Below, piece by piece: positions 50,667 to 60,929 of a stretch of DNA of 64,000 nt. Origin of the DNA: Deltaproteobacteria bacterium (lineage in GTDB: Bacteria > Myxococcota > Kuafuiibacteriia > Kuafuiibacteriales > Kuafuiibacteriaceae); the NCBI GenBank assembly GCA_040218735.1, contig JAVJQW010000018.1, positions 160,001 through 224,000 of the forward strand, given 5' to 3'. The position numbers and the translations under genes were made by a program. The notes under the pieces were generated by a model. The model did no database searches. It was given only the letters and a program-made list of their open reading frames with translations, and was not told where the DNA came from. Positions within the stretch are counted from its first letter, which is position 1. The number at the start of each line of letters is the position of its first letter.

Positions 50667-51935
50667 GTGCGCGTGCAGGACGTTCGGTGCGCCTTGTCGA
50701 TCGCCGCCGATCCGCCCCTGGACCTCACCTACGCCGACGTTCCGCCCTTCGCGTGGGTCCCCGCGGCGCCGGATCCGGATGGTCCCGGCTGCCCGGAGGC
50801 GCTCCGGTCGCGCATCCTGATCGACGTCGTGCACGACGGCGCGTACATCCCGCCGTCGTTCGTCGCGGGACTGGATCGCAAACGCATCGGGGCGGCGTTC
50901 GTGCGCGAGCGCGACTGGGGCGCGAGCGCGATCGCCCACGACCTCGCCGCGGCGCTGCACGTGGACGGCTTCGCGCGCGTCGACATCGCTCGGGTCCTGC
51001 TCGACTTCAACCGCTTCCCCGGCATCACGACACCGTTCGCGGATCACATGAACCGGTTTGCGATCAACCAGCCCTTCGCGTCGCGCCTCACGCACCAGGA
51101 TAAACGCCGGATCCTCGCCGACTACTACGACCCGACCTCCCACGCGTACGAAGCGGCGCTCGACGGCAAGCTCATCAAGGTCGCGATTCACACCTACGAC
51201 GAGCACAACCGCACGCAGACGCGACGCCCCGCGGTCAGCATCCTCACGCGCTCGCACGGACACTCGCGTGACCACGCGATCCCCGTTGGGCTCTTCGACC
51301 CGCTCTTCCCGTCGGAGCTGGTCGAGTTGACCTGCGATCCGATCTTGCGCTCACGCGTCGCGCTCACGCTGGAGGAGGCGGCGGTGCACGTCGCCGACAA
51401 CTATCCGTACTCGCTCCCCGAGGGGAGCGTCGAGGTGCGCTCGCAGGTCTGGTACTTCTTCTCGCACGTGCGTCGCCACTACGACGCCGAGCACCCGCGT
51501 ACTCCGGAGGAGGAGGCGGACCCGACGAGCCCGCGCAACCTCGTGTGGAGCATGTTGCTCGATACGAACCTGCGCTCCGCGGAGAGTGATCTGCTCCGCA
51601 GCTACCTGCACATGTTCCGGCGCCCACCCGAGCGCTGGCGCGATCGCTTCGAGGCGGCGCGTACGGAGTACGAACACGTGGCGAGCTTCATCGACGCGAA
51701 TCGGGAGCGGCTCGTCGAGCAGTACAAGGACGGTCTCGATCGCCCGTCGTCGATTGTCATCGAGGTGCGCAAGGACCTCGTCTACGACTTCGCGGAAGGG
51801 CGTCCGATCGGACCGCGGCGCGACGATATTCGCCGGCTCGGCCGGCTGCTCGCGAAGGCCGTGCACACGTACCTGGTTACGGACCGCGCGCTGAAGGAAG
51901 AGGGCCTCGCGAACCGCGACCCGCGTTTCTCGTGA
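50667..51935 (+). CDS. N-formylglutamate amidohydrolase-like protein
   Basis: VHDG, ERDWGA, RVLLDFNR, YYDP, IHTY, NYPY, IEVRKDL motifs. Start uncertain (GTG 50667 or 50673). Confidence 0.7.
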   Translation: MRVQDVRCALSIAADPPLDLTYADVPPFAWVPAAPDPDGPGCPEALRSRILIDVVHDGAYIPPSFVAGLDRKRIGAAFVRERDWGASAIAHDLAAALHVDGFARVDIARVLLDFNRFPGITTPFADHMNRFAINQPFASRLTHQDKRRILADYYDPTSHAYEAALDGKLIKVAIHTYDEHNRTQTRRPAVSILTRSHGHSRDHAIPVGLFDPLFPSELVELTCDPILRSRVALTLEEAAVHVADNYPYSLPEGSVEVRSQVWYFFSHVRRHYDAEHPRTPEEEADPTSPRNLVWSMLLDTNLRSAESDLLRSYLHMFRRPPERWRDRFEAARTEYEHVASFIDANRERLVEQYKDGLDRPSSIVIEVRKDLVYDFAEGRPIGPRRDDIRRLGRLLAKAVHTYLVTDRALKEEGLANRDPRFS

Positions 51936-51985
51936 GCCTCGGTCGCGGGCCGAGATGAACGACGCCGGTCGAACGGCGCGAACGT

Positions 51986-53125
51986 CTACTCCGGCGGCGG
52001 AGCTCCGGGCTCGAACACGGGGCGCTTCTTCTTGGGCGGCTTCTTCTTCGCGCGCGGCGAGCGCTGGACCACGCCGCCGGCGGTGACCTGTTCGAATCGA
52101 CCGCGTCCGCGTCCGACGGCGTTGAATCGGGTGGCGCGGACATCGATGACCGAGGGCGGTCCCTCGCAGGGCGCGTCGATCCAGTCGACGGGCTCCGCGG
52201 GGGGATCGTCGAGCACGTACGCCGACGCGGGTGGGAGCGTGCAGGCGGCTGTCGCGGTCACCGTTCCGCCGGCCCAGCGCATCGCAGTCACCGGGTCGCG
52301 GCCGGTGAGCTCGACGACGCGGTGCGCGCCGACCGGTTCGCCGAGGAGGATGACGCGGAGGCGATGTTGCTTCGCGAAGGCGTTGGCGTCTTCGGTGCGA
52401 CGGAACAACCCGAGGACGACCGCGACGCCGGTCGAAGTCGTGGTCCCGAGCTCGTCGGTGTGGGCGAGGAACGGGTAGCCCGCGCCGAACGTGTCCGGGA
52501 ACGCGGCGCGCGCGACGGCCGCCTCGTCGGCGGACGCGTAGACACCGCCGAGCGCTGCGGCGAAGGGGAGGTCACAGTCTTCACACACGGGCCGAAGCTC
52601 GGCGCGGCCGTAGAGGCCCGCGGGGAGGCGGCCGGTCGCGCGGATTCGGTCGGGTTCGCGCAAGGAGGCCTCGGGAGCGGCGCGCGGCTCGGGCGCGGTG
52701 GGGCCGAGGACCGTGGCGTTGCTCGCGCGGAGCGCGTTCGACGACTGGGCGTAGACGATACCGCCCCACAGCGCGATCGCGGTCCCGACGACGAGCGGGA
52801 TGAAGAGCCCCACGCAGAACGCGGTCGCTTCGTCGGTCGTGCGTCCGAAACCCGCCTTGCAACCGTCGAGGCCCGTCCCGACGTTCACGAGGCCGTAGCC
52901 GGCGATGAGCCCGCCGATGAGTCCGTGCACGTTGCCGGGGTGGTCGATGTCCACGATGTCGAGGCGGCGTACTCTTTCGTCTCCGTTCCCCGTGCGGACC
53001 AGGACGTACTCCCGGTCGCTCTTCTCGATCGTGCCCTCGTAGAGGCGGGTCGACGTCTGGACGGTCGCCGTCGTTCCGCACGCGACGAGCGCGTGGGCCA
53101 CGAGGAAGGCGACGGCGCTTCGCAC
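51986..53125 (-). CDS. Hypothetical lipoprotein/membrane protein
   Basis: LVAC lipobox after GTG 53125; DIDHPGN followed by two TM segments. Confidence 0.65.
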   Translation of the reverse strand: MRSAVAFLVAHALVACGTTATVQTSTRLYEGTIEKSDREYVLVRTGNGDERVRRLDIVDIDHPGNVHGLIGGLIAGYGLVNVGTGLDGCKAGFGRTTDEATAFCVGLFIPLVVGTAIALWGGIVYAQSSNALRASNATVLGPTAPEPRAAPEASLREPDRIRATGRLPAGLYGRAELRPVCEDCDLPFAAALGGVYASADEAAVARAAFPDTFGAGYPFLAHTDELGTTTSTGVAVVLGLFRRTEDANAFAKQHRLRVILLGEPVGAHRVVELTGRDPVTAMRWAGGTVTATAACTLPPASAYVLDDPPAEPVDWIDAPCEGPPSVIDVRATRFNAVGRGRGRFEQVTAGGVVQRSPRAKKKPPKKKRPVFEPGAPPPE

Positions 53126-53251
53126 CGCGCAGCGAACCGGTTGAGCGCGTGCCATGCGCGGGGGTGTAGCGTCGCCCGGGTCCGGCCGCAATGCTGTCCG
53201 GAAGGACACCGCTTTGACCAGTTCTGTCAGAGAGATCCGGACAATGAGAAG

Positions 53252-53659
53252 ATGTCGAAAAGTCTTGTCATTGCTCCTCTGCTCCTCGTGCTCGGCGGTT
53301 GCGCCGCCTTCAACGCGTCCTACGGTTTCCGCGTGAAGGGCGGCCTCGAGCCGCTCGTCTCGCTCCGTCGTGTCACGGTTCATCGCGGGCCGACCGCGTA
53401 CGTTGGCAAGTTGTCTTGCGACTTCCCGATCGCGATTCGTGTGCTCGAGGTCTCCGGCGTCGAGAAGCTCGCGTTCCTTCGCAACGATCGGCCGCTGCGC
53501 GGCTGCGGCCTCGAGTGGGCGAGTGTGATGATCCCGTCCGGTCAGGTGCTCGGCTCGTCCGAGCTCGGCATGGTCGTGTCGCGCTCAGGCTACGTCGTCG
53601 CGTGTGTCGAGGGGGACTCGCGCCCCAGTGAGATCGTCGTGGAGACGATCTGTCCCTGA
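53252..53659 (+). CDS. Small lipoprotein
   Basis: MSKSLVIAPLLLVLGGC lipobox; 135 aa with several Cys. Confidence 0.6.
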   Translation: MSKSLVIAPLLLVLGGCAAFNASYGFRVKGGLEPLVSLRRVTVHRGPTAYVGKLSCDFPIAIRVLEVSGVEKLAFLRNDRPLRGCGLEWASVMIPSGQVLGSSELGMVVSRSGYVVACVEGDSRPSEIVVETICP

Positions 53660-53783
53660 GTCGTGAGGGTGCACGCGGGGCGCTCGTCGCCCCGCGCCGG
53701 GTGCATGCGGCGCCCGAGTGCACACGGTCGCGGACGGGCGTCGGGCGTCGGGCCTTGGCCCGAACGGTGCAGTTCACGGCGGG

Positions 53784-54956
53784 ATGCAGAACGTTCGCGA
53801 GATTCCGATCATGGCCCTCGTCGTCAATGACCACGGCACCGTCGACACCCAAGACGACACCTACTCGCAGGAGATCGTCGGCTACCGGCTGGAGATCTAC
53901 GACGACGGCGTGGACTTCGACGATCCGAGCGCCCAGCCGATCCGCGTCGTGCAGTCGGACGATGCGCTCGTCGACGACGACGATCTCGACGTTGCGATCC
54001 AACGGATGGAAGAGGCCCCGCCGATCACGCTCGACCCGGTCATCGAGCAGCGCATTCGTGACGGCCAGATCGACGGGCCGCTCATCGAGGCCCTCGCGCA
54101 GGTCCCGGAGGCGGTCCTGACGGAGCTGTTCACGACGCTCCTCGAGGGGTCGTTCCCGGGTAACGCATCCATCGAGGCCGCAATCGCGGACGGTGACATC
54201 GCGGCGGGCACCCTCGAGGGGATGCCGGCGAGCGTGGCCGCCGGACTCGTTGCGATGATCGACAACTCGGTACACGGAGAAGCGACGCTCGGGCTCGTGC
54301 TGTCGCTCCTGGGGCCGGCTTCGGCGCGCGACCCGAGCGTCGTCGTTCCGACCACGGACGCCACCCAAAACGAAGCGGCGCGCGCATCCGCGGCGCTGTT
54401 CGCGCTCGCGTTCACGCACCTCGATTCGCTGAGCATGAACCAGCCCGAGCCGACACCTTGGACGAACGCCACCGGCTTCGCGTACATGGGCGAGGAGGGT
54501 GGCAACTGCGCGACCTTCGTCGGCGTCGCGCTGCTCTACGCGGGGTTCGTGGAACGGAGTGACGAGCTCAACGAGTTCTTCGGGGTGGTCCCCGACAGCA
54601 CGCCGCCCGTGATCGGCATCCGTGGAGCGATAGCTTTGAGGAACTACCTCGTGCGCCAGAACGGCAACGGAATCGATCGGGAGGACCTACGATTCGGCGA
54701 CGTGATCGCGACGCCGGGCGATGCGTACGCACACATCTCGATCGTCGTGGGCTTCGGCGATCCCGACGCCGACCCGCCGACGTTCTACCTCTCGCGCGAA
54801 GCGGCGCTCGCCGACGGTGTCACGAACGTCGAGCCGTTCGTCGTCGACCACGACTCGAGCAACGACGGGACCGACGCGTGGCCGGGACGCGGAATTCAAC
54901 CCGCCGTCGACGTCGAGTCGGGCGGTGCCCCTATCTACGCCTGGGTCACGTCCTAG
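53784..54956 (+). CDS. Acidic protein with a C-terminal Amidase_6/NlpC-P60-like Cys-His domain
   Basis: GGNCATFV..AL..AG, LRNYL, LRFGDVI, AHISIVVG, VVDH. Start ATG 53784 is inferred. Confidence 0.65.
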   Translation: MQNVREIPIMALVVNDHGTVDTQDDTYSQEIVGYRLEIYDDGVDFDDPSAQPIRVVQSDDALVDDDDLDVAIQRMEEAPPITLDPVIEQRIRDGQIDGPLIEALAQVPEAVLTELFTTLLEGSFPGNASIEAAIADGDIAAGTLEGMPASVAAGLVAMIDNSVHGEATLGLVLSLLGPASARDPSVVVPTTDATQNEAARASAALFALAFTHLDSLSMNQPEPTPWTNATGFAYMGEEGGNCATFVGVALLYAGFVERSDELNEFFGVVPDSTPPVIGIRGAIALRNYLVRQNGNGIDREDLRFGDVIATPGDAYAHISIVVGFGDPDADPPTFYLSREAALADGVTNVEPFVVDHDSSNDGTDAWPGRGIQPAVDVESGGAPIYAWVTS

Positions 54957-54963
54957 GCCGGTC

Positions 54964-55830
54964 CTAGGCCGCGAGGCCGTCGAGTGACTCGACGAGGTCG
55001 GCGGGGACGATGCGGTTGCGCTCGTCGCGCTCCAGCGAGGCGAGGGCGTGGTGGGTGTCGTGGGTGAAGAACAGGCGCCCGCCGCGTTCGAGCATCTCTT
55101 CCAGGAGCGTGGTCTTCTCGTCGATGAGCAGCTCCGGGTAGCGGTCGTAGCCCATCGTGATCGCGCGGCGGACCCACGGGACGCCGGGGATGAGGTCGCC
55201 GCAGAACACGACCGGCCCCTGCTCGCCTTCGACGCGGCCGAGGATCATGCCCGGCGTATGACCGTTCGAGATCACGAAGCTGTAGCCGTCGCCGAGGGTC
55301 TCGCTGGTCGTGCCCTCGACGATCTCCAGGCGGCCGGAGTCTTCGAGGAGCTGCGGGAGGTCGTCGATGAAGCTCGCGCGGTCGCGGGCGTGGGGCTTCT
55401 TGGCGCGTGCGTAGGCCTCCGCGCCGACGACGAACTGGGCGTTGGGGAAGAGGAGCCGGTGCGGCGCGCCTTCCTCGTACGCGGCGAGGAGACCGCCGGC
55501 GTGATCGAAGTGCAGGTGGGAGAGCACGACGACGTCGATGTCCTCGTGCGACAGCCCCGCCGCCTCGAGTGAATTCAGTAGAACGTGTTCGTCCTCGACG
55601 ACCCCGAAGCGCTCTTTCAGCTTGGGCTCGAAGAACGCGCCGATGCCCGTCTCGAAGAGGATGTTCCGCGACGGCTCACGCACGAGGAGCGCTCGCGTGA
55701 AGAGGTCGATGCGGTTGAGCTCGTCCGGGGGCGCCCAGTTGGCCCACATCGCGCGCGGCGCGTTGCCGAACATCGCGCCGCCGTCGAGCTTCTGGGAGTT
55801 GCCGAGGACCGAGTACAGACGCCGTTCCAT
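54964..55830 (-). CDS. MBL-fold metallo-hydrolase (YtnP-like)
   Basis: [37 protein letters not shown]. Confidence 0.92.
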   Translation of the reverse strand: MERRLYSVLGNSQKLDGGAMFGNAPRAMWANWAPPDELNRIDLFTRALLVREPSRNILFETGIGAFFEPKLKERFGVVEDEHVLLNSLEAAGLSHEDIDVVVLSHLHFDHAGGLLAAYEEGAPHRLLFPNAQFVVGAEAYARAKKPHARDRASFIDDLPQLLEDSGRLEIVEGTTSETLGDGYSFVISNGHTPGMILGRVEGEQGPVVFCGDLIPGVPWVRRAITMGYDRYPELLIDEKTTLLEEMLERGGRLFFTHDTHHALASLERDERNRIVPADLVESLDGLAA

Positions 55831-55844
55831 CGGGCCGGACTCTA

Positions 55845-57020
55845 TCAGGTGGCGTCGCCGTGCGAAGCGCCGAACGCCTGCAGCGCGCCGCGCGCCGCGG
55901 CGAGGGTCTCCATGCGCTTGCAGAACGCGAACCGCACCAGGCGGCGACCCTCGTCGGGGTTCGCGGGGTAGAACCCGCTGGGCGGGATCGCGGCGACGCC
56001 GTATTCGGTGACGAGGTGCTTCGCGAACGCGATGTCGTCGCCCTCGAACACCGACGAGAAGTCCGCGAGGACGAAGTACGAGCCGCGCGGGTGCGTCGGC
56101 GTCAGACCCATTCCGCGGATCGTGTCGAGCATGTGGTCGCGTCGCTCGGTGTACTCCGCGCGCAGCGTCTCGAAGAACGCGGCGCCGTGGTGCTCGAGCG
56201 CGTAGGCGACCGCGTGTTGAAGCGGCGCGGCGGTCGAGAACGTCACGAACTGGTGCGCGGCTTGCGCGGCCTTCACGAGGTGCGCGGGGCCGGTGCCCCA
56301 GCCGATTTTCCAGCCCGTGAACGAGTAGGTCTTGCCGGTGCTCGACAGCGACAGCGTCCGCTCTTTCATGTCGCCGATGCTCGCCATCGGCACGTGCTCC
56401 GCGTCGTCGTAGGTGAGGTGCTCGTAGACTTCGTCCGTGAGGACGACGACGTCGTGTCGCGCGCAGAGCTCGGCGATCGCTTCCAGCTCGGCGCGGGTGA
56501 ACACCTTGCCGGTCGGGTTGTGCGGGGTGTTGAGGACGAGCAGCTTCGTGCGTTCGTTGAAGGCCGCGGCGAGCGCCTCGAGGTCGAGGGCGAAGTCCGG
56601 GAAGCGGAGCGTCACGTAGCGCGGGACGGCGCCGGCCATCGCGATGCACGCGGGGTAGCTGTCGTAGACGGGCTCGAACAGCACGACTTCGTCGCCGGGG
56701 TTCAGCAGGCCGAGCATCGAGGACATCAGGCCCTCGGTGGCGCCGGAGAAGACGACGACCTCGGTCATCGGGTCGTACGCGAGGCCGTAGAGCGCTTCGC
56801 GTTGGGCGGCGATCGCCTGGACCAACGGCACGACGCCCATCGAGCGTGCGTACTGGTTGTGGCCGGACCGCAGGGCTTCGACGGCCGCGTCGACGATCGA
56901 CGCCGGGCCTTCGAAGTCCGGGAACCCTTGTGACAGGTTGATCGCGTCGTGCTCGATCGCCAGCCGCGTCATCTCGGAGAAGATCGTCGTCCCGAACGGG
57001 CGGAGCTTGTCTGCGACCAT
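55845..57020 (-). CDS. PLP-dependent class I/II aminotransferase (YbdL/methionine aminotransferase-like)
   Basis: [56 protein letters not shown]. Confidence 0.93.
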   Translation of the reverse strand: MVADKLRPFGTTIFSEMTRLAIEHDAINLSQGFPDFEGPASIVDAAVEALRSGHNQYARSMGVVPLVQAIAAQREALYGLAYDPMTEVVVFSGATEGLMSSMLGLLNPGDEVVLFEPVYDSYPACIAMAGAVPRYVTLRFPDFALDLEALAAAFNERTKLLVLNTPHNPTGKVFTRAELEAIAELCARHDVVVLTDEVYEHLTYDDAEHVPMASIGDMKERTLSLSSTGKTYSFTGWKIGWGTGPAHLVKAAQAAHQFVTFSTAAPLQHAVAYALEHHGAAFFETLRAEYTERRDHMLDTIRGMGLTPTHPRGSYFVLADFSSVFEGDDIAFAKHLVTEYGVAAIPPSGFYPANPDEGRRLVRFAFCKRMETLAAARGALQAFGASHGDAT

Positions 57021-57107
57021 CGGCAGGCGACCATAGCCAAACCGTCGGGCGACCACAAAGGTGACGGATTTGCCGGGGAGGCGCCGACTTTGGCATCCTT
57101 GCGGACG

Positions 57108-58373
57108 ATGAAGCGGGTCGCGGTGGTGCTCGGTACGTTCCTCGTGTCTTGCACGTCGGGCACCGCGGAGCCGGACAACTGTGTCTGGATCGGGACGCTC
57201 AACCCGCTGACCGGAGATCTCGGCACGGTCGGCTTCGCGCTCGAGAACGCCGCGCGCCTCGCGGTGCGCGACGTGAACGAAGCGGGGACGATCGGCGGGC
57301 GACAGCTCTGCGTCGCGACGGGGGACACGCGCACCAACCCCGCGCGCGCCGCGGCGGTCGTCGACGCGCTCGTCGAGACGAACGACATCGTCGCGCTCAA
57401 CGGCGCCGCCGCGAGCGCCTCTTCGCTGGAGGCCGCGGTCGCGGCGAAGGATCACGAGATGGGGCAGGTCTCGTGCTGCTCGACTTCGCCCGCGCTCACC
57501 GACGACCCGCTGATCTACCGCACCGTCCCGTCCGACGCGCTCCAGGGCGTCGTGCTCGCGGAGGTCGCCGCGACCCGCGGCGCAAGCACGGTCTCCGTCA
57601 TCTACATCGACGACGCGTACGGCGACCTGCTCCGTCAGCAGTTCCGCCTCGCGTACGACGCGCTCGCGCAGGGCAGCACGATCGTCGCCGAGGTCCCGTA
57701 CCAGAGCGCGCAGACGTCGTACGCCGACGTCATCCAAGAGGCGTTCGCGACCGTCCCCGACCTCGTCGTGTTGATCGCGTTCCCGATCGGTGGCGCGGAG
57801 ATCGTGAAGGCTTGGGACCAGAGCCTGCAGGGTCGTGACACGCAGTGGATCGGCACCGACGGGCTCAAGGACAGCCGCTTCGCACTCCTCGCGGGCAGCG
57901 CGCTCCCGCCGTTCGAGGGCACGGCACCTCGCCAGGACGGTCCCTACGTCGATGGCTTCCGCACGCGTTACCGCGCGGCGTTCGGCGGGGAGGAGCCCGG
58001 CATCTTCACGTCGAACCAGTACGACGCCGTCATGCTCATCGCGCTCGCGATGGCCGCCGCCGGCTCGATGGAACGCGCGGACATCCGCGCGCAGATCCCG
58101 CTGGTGTCGAGGGGCGGCACCCCGGTCAACGCCGATCAGCTCGCGAACGCCCTCGACCGCGCGGCGAACGGCGAAGACATCGACTACGTCGGCGTCAGCG
58201 GCAACGTCGACCTCGACGACAACGGCGACGTCGACGCGGGGTATCAGCTTTGGTCGATCCCCGGCTCCGGCACCGAGGTGACCGAGGTGGATCTGTGCTT
58301 CGAGTGCACCGCGTCGTCGACCGTGGCTGCGGGCGCGACGTGCCGCCGCAACCCCTGCGCGCCCGCGCAGTGA
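57108..58373 (+). CDS. Branched-chain amino acid-type substrate-binding lipoprotein (no adjacent permease)
   Basis: FLVSC lipobox; IG...[49 protein letters not shown]. Confidence 0.88.
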   Translation: MKRVAVVLGTFLVSCTSGTAEPDNCVWIGTLNPLTGDLGTVGFALENAARLAVRDVNEAGTIGGRQLCVATGDTRTNPARAAAVVDALVETNDIVALNGAAASASSLEAAVAAKDHEMGQVSCCSTSPALTDDPLIYRTVPSDALQGVVLAEVAATRGASTVSVIYIDDAYGDLLRQQFRLAYDALAQGSTIVAEVPYQSAQTSYADVIQEAFATVPDLVVLIAFPIGGAEIVKAWDQSLQGRDTQWIGTDGLKDSRFALLAGSALPPFEGTAPRQDGPYVDGFRTRYRAAFGGEEPGIFTSNQYDAVMLIALAMAAAGSMERADIRAQIPLVSRGGTPVNADQLANALDRAANGEDIDYVGVSGNVDLDDNGDVDAGYQLWSIPGSGTEVTEVDLCFECTASSTVAAGATCRRNPCAPAQ

Positions 58374-60929
58374 CTAACGACAGCGGTGCTGCGTGGGCGG
58401 GGGGGCTCCGCCTTCGGCCCAGATCTTCTCCATCAGGGCGCAGTAGTCCACGCGCATGACCTCGGACGGGTCTTGTTTCGTGGCTTCGGCCCAGGCGCGT
58501 CGGAACGCTTCGTCGTCCTCCATCTCGAGCGCGCCGCGGAGCACGGTTCGGGCGTCGGCGTTCGGGGCGCGCGCACGGGCGAGGGTGGTCGCGACCCACG
58601 CCGCTCGGTAACGCGCGCTGCTCGCGCCGCGCCGCCACGCGAACACGGCAGCGGTCACGAGGAGGAGCGCCGCGATCACCATGACGAACGTCGACCACCG
58701 AGGACCGGTCCGCCGAGCGCTCATCGGCGCGGACTTCCACGCCGACGCGCGGGACCATCGATCCATCAACGCGTCACTCGACAGCTGGAGCGCACCGTCG
58801 CGGGTGGTCGCGAGCAGGTGCGTCGCGACGAGGCGATCGATCATCGAAGCCGCGCCGTCGACGGCTTCGGCGAGCTGCGCCCGGGTGCCCGCGCGGCGAG
58901 TGCCGTCCGCGCCGACGAGCTCGGCGAAGATCCTGCGCGCGACCTCCTGCTCCGCGACGGGCATCGACTGAAACTCCGACTCGGCGTGGCGAACGAGCGC
59001 ACCGCTCGCGCCCTCGAAGCTCACGTAGGCGTCCCGCGACAGCCGGCGCTCCTTGGCGTCGCGACGTGACCACAGCTGCTTCCCGGTCAGCTGCAACAAC
59101 GGCAATGCGATGGGCGACGCCGCGAGCTCCGCGGCGATCGTCTTCGGGAGCTGCGGATCGTCGACCGTGTGATCCGTCGCGTGCAGCGAGCCCTCGACGA
59201 TGCGCAGCAGAGCGTCCTCGTCGGGCTGCGGCAGCATGAAGACACGCCCGCTCGTGTCGGCGAGGCGCGCGAGGTGTTCTTCACGCAGCGTCGAGATGAC
59301 TCGCACCGGACCGAAGCGATCGTCGGTCGCGTCGTGCAGCGCGGCGAGGAAACGGTGTTGCACATCTTCGTCCACGCGCGTGAACAGATCGTCGAGCGGG
59401 TCGACCACCAGCAGCACCCGCGAGCGTCGCTCGTGCGCGAGGCGCGCGAGGTCGACCGCGAGCGGTGCGCGCCCCGGACCGTCGACGAGGAGCCGCGTGG
59501 TGGCTTCGTCGCCGTCGTCGTCCTTGGCCCGCGCGCGATCGATCGCGGCGCTCAGCGCTCGGAACGGGTGCGGCCCGGGTTGCACTTCGATCACCGTCCA
59601 CGCGCCGTTGTCCTCGAGGCGCGGCACGACGCCCGCCCGGACGAACGACGACTTGCCGCAGCCCGGGGGCCCCGCGACGATGATGTGGGTCTCGACGCGG
59701 AGGCGCTCGACCACGCCGTCGACGCTCGTTTCACGTCCGAAGTACAGCGGCGCGTCCGCGCGGTCGAAGGCGCGGGTCCCGATGAACGGGGAGGCCGACG
59801 CGTCGACCTTGTCGAGCCGGAGCCGCAGCAGCGCTTCGAGATCGTCCGCGACGTCCTGCGCCGAGGGCCGACGCGCGGGGTCCTTGGCGAGGCAGCGGTA
59901 GATCAGCGTCGGGAGCCGCGCGGGGAGGGTGCGCGCGTCGTCGATCGTCGGAACGGGCGAGGTGGCGAGCACGTCGCGTCGGAGGCGATCGATGCGGCTG
60001 TCGTCGTCGCCGTACGGGCGGTGCCCCGTGACCATCTCGTAGAGCAACACACCGAGCGACCACACGTCCGCGGAGGCGGTCGTCTCTGCGCCGCGCCACT
60101 GCTCCGGCGCCATGTACGCGGGGGTGCCGCTCATCTGGTTGAGGTTGTCGAGCGGCGCGATGTTCGTCGGTCGTCGTGTCATCAGCCCGGCGCCGTGCTC
60201 GCGCTTCGACACACTTCGGTCGCGGGACACGGCCTGCGCCAGACCGAAGTCGACGACCCGGAGTCGGCCGTCCTCCGCGAGGATCACGTTCTCGGGTTTG
60301 AGGTCGCGGTGGAGGATGCCGTTGTCGTGCGCGACGCTCAGCGCGTTGGCGATCGCGACGCCCGTGCGCAGTGTCGTCCATACACTCGGTCGCTCGACGT
60401 CGAGGCGGTCGCGCAGCGACTCCCCCTCCAGGTACTCGAGCGCGACGTACGGTCGCCCCTGCACCTCACCGACGCCGTACAGCGCGACGATGTGCGGGTG
60501 CGCGAGGTTGGCGGTCGCGCGTGCTTCGAACAGGAAGCGCTCCCGCGCGGAGGGGGACGCGATGTGGCGCGCGAGGATGACCTTGAGCGCGACCTTGCGT
60601 CCGAGCTTCGTGTCGCGCGCGAGGAAGACCTCCCCCATCCCGCCGCGCCCGATCGTTCGGATGATGCGGTACTGATCGACGAGCTCACCCGGCGCGAAGA
60701 TCGCGCCGTCCACGCGCGGGCGGCTCGCGTCCTGGGTGTCGTCGTCGAAGGCGAGCACGGGTTCCTCGTCGTCGATGACGCTGCTCTTCGCGACCTCGGC
60801 GAGGAGCTGTCGACAGGGGCTGCACGCGTCGAGGTGACGGTCCCACTTCTTGAGCGCGTCGTCGGCGAGGCGCCCCCGGACGTAGGCGAGGATCGTCTCT
60901 TCGTCGAGGTGGTCGTCAGCCGGGCTCAT
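58374..60929 (-). CDS. zf-HC2 anti-sigma domain - Ser/Thr kinase - nSTAND-like NTPase - TM protein
   Basis: HLDACSPC (HxxxCxxC); IGRGGMGEVF, HRDLKPEN, DFG, APE; SPFIG..YFGRE, GPPGCGKSS. Confidence 0.9.
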   Translation of the reverse strand: MSPADDHLDEETILAYVRGRLADDALKKWDRHLDACSPCRQLLAEVAKSSVIDDEEPVLAFDDDTQDASRPRVDGAIFAPGELVDQYRIIRTIGRGGMGEVFLARDTKLGRKVALKVILARHIASPSARERFLFEARATANLAHPHIVALYGVGEVQGRPYVALEYLEGESLRDRLDVERPSVWTTLRTGVAIANALSVAHDNGILHRDLKPENVILAEDGRLRVVDFGLAQAVSRDRSVSKREHGAGLMTRRPTNIAPLDNLNQMSGTPAYMAPEQWRGAETTASADVWSLGVLLYEMVTGHRPYGDDDSRIDRLRRDVLATSPVPTIDDARTLPARLPTLIYRCLAKDPARRPSAQDVADDLEALLRLRLDKVDASASPFIGTRAFDRADAPLYFGRETSVDGVVERLRVETHIIVAGPPGCGKSSFVRAGVVPRLEDNGAWTVIEVQPGPHPFRALSAAIDRARAKDDDGDEATTRLLVDGPGRAPLAVDLARLAHERRSRVLLVVDPLDDLFTRVDEDVQHRFLAALHDATDDRFGPVRVISTLREEHLARLADTSGRVFMLPQPDEDALLRIVEGSLHATDHTVDDPQLPKTIAAELAASPIALPLLQLTGKQLWSRRDAKERRLSRDAYVSFEGASGALVRHAESEFQSMPVAEQEVARRIFAELVGADGTRRAGTRAQLAEAVDGAASMIDRLVATHLLATTRDGALQLSSDALMDRWSRASAWKSAPMSARRTGPRWSTFVMVIAALLLVTAAVFAWRRGASSARYRAAWVATTLARARAPNADARTVLRGALEMEDDEAFRRAWAEATKQDPSEVMRVDYCALMEKIWAEGGAPPPTQHRCR

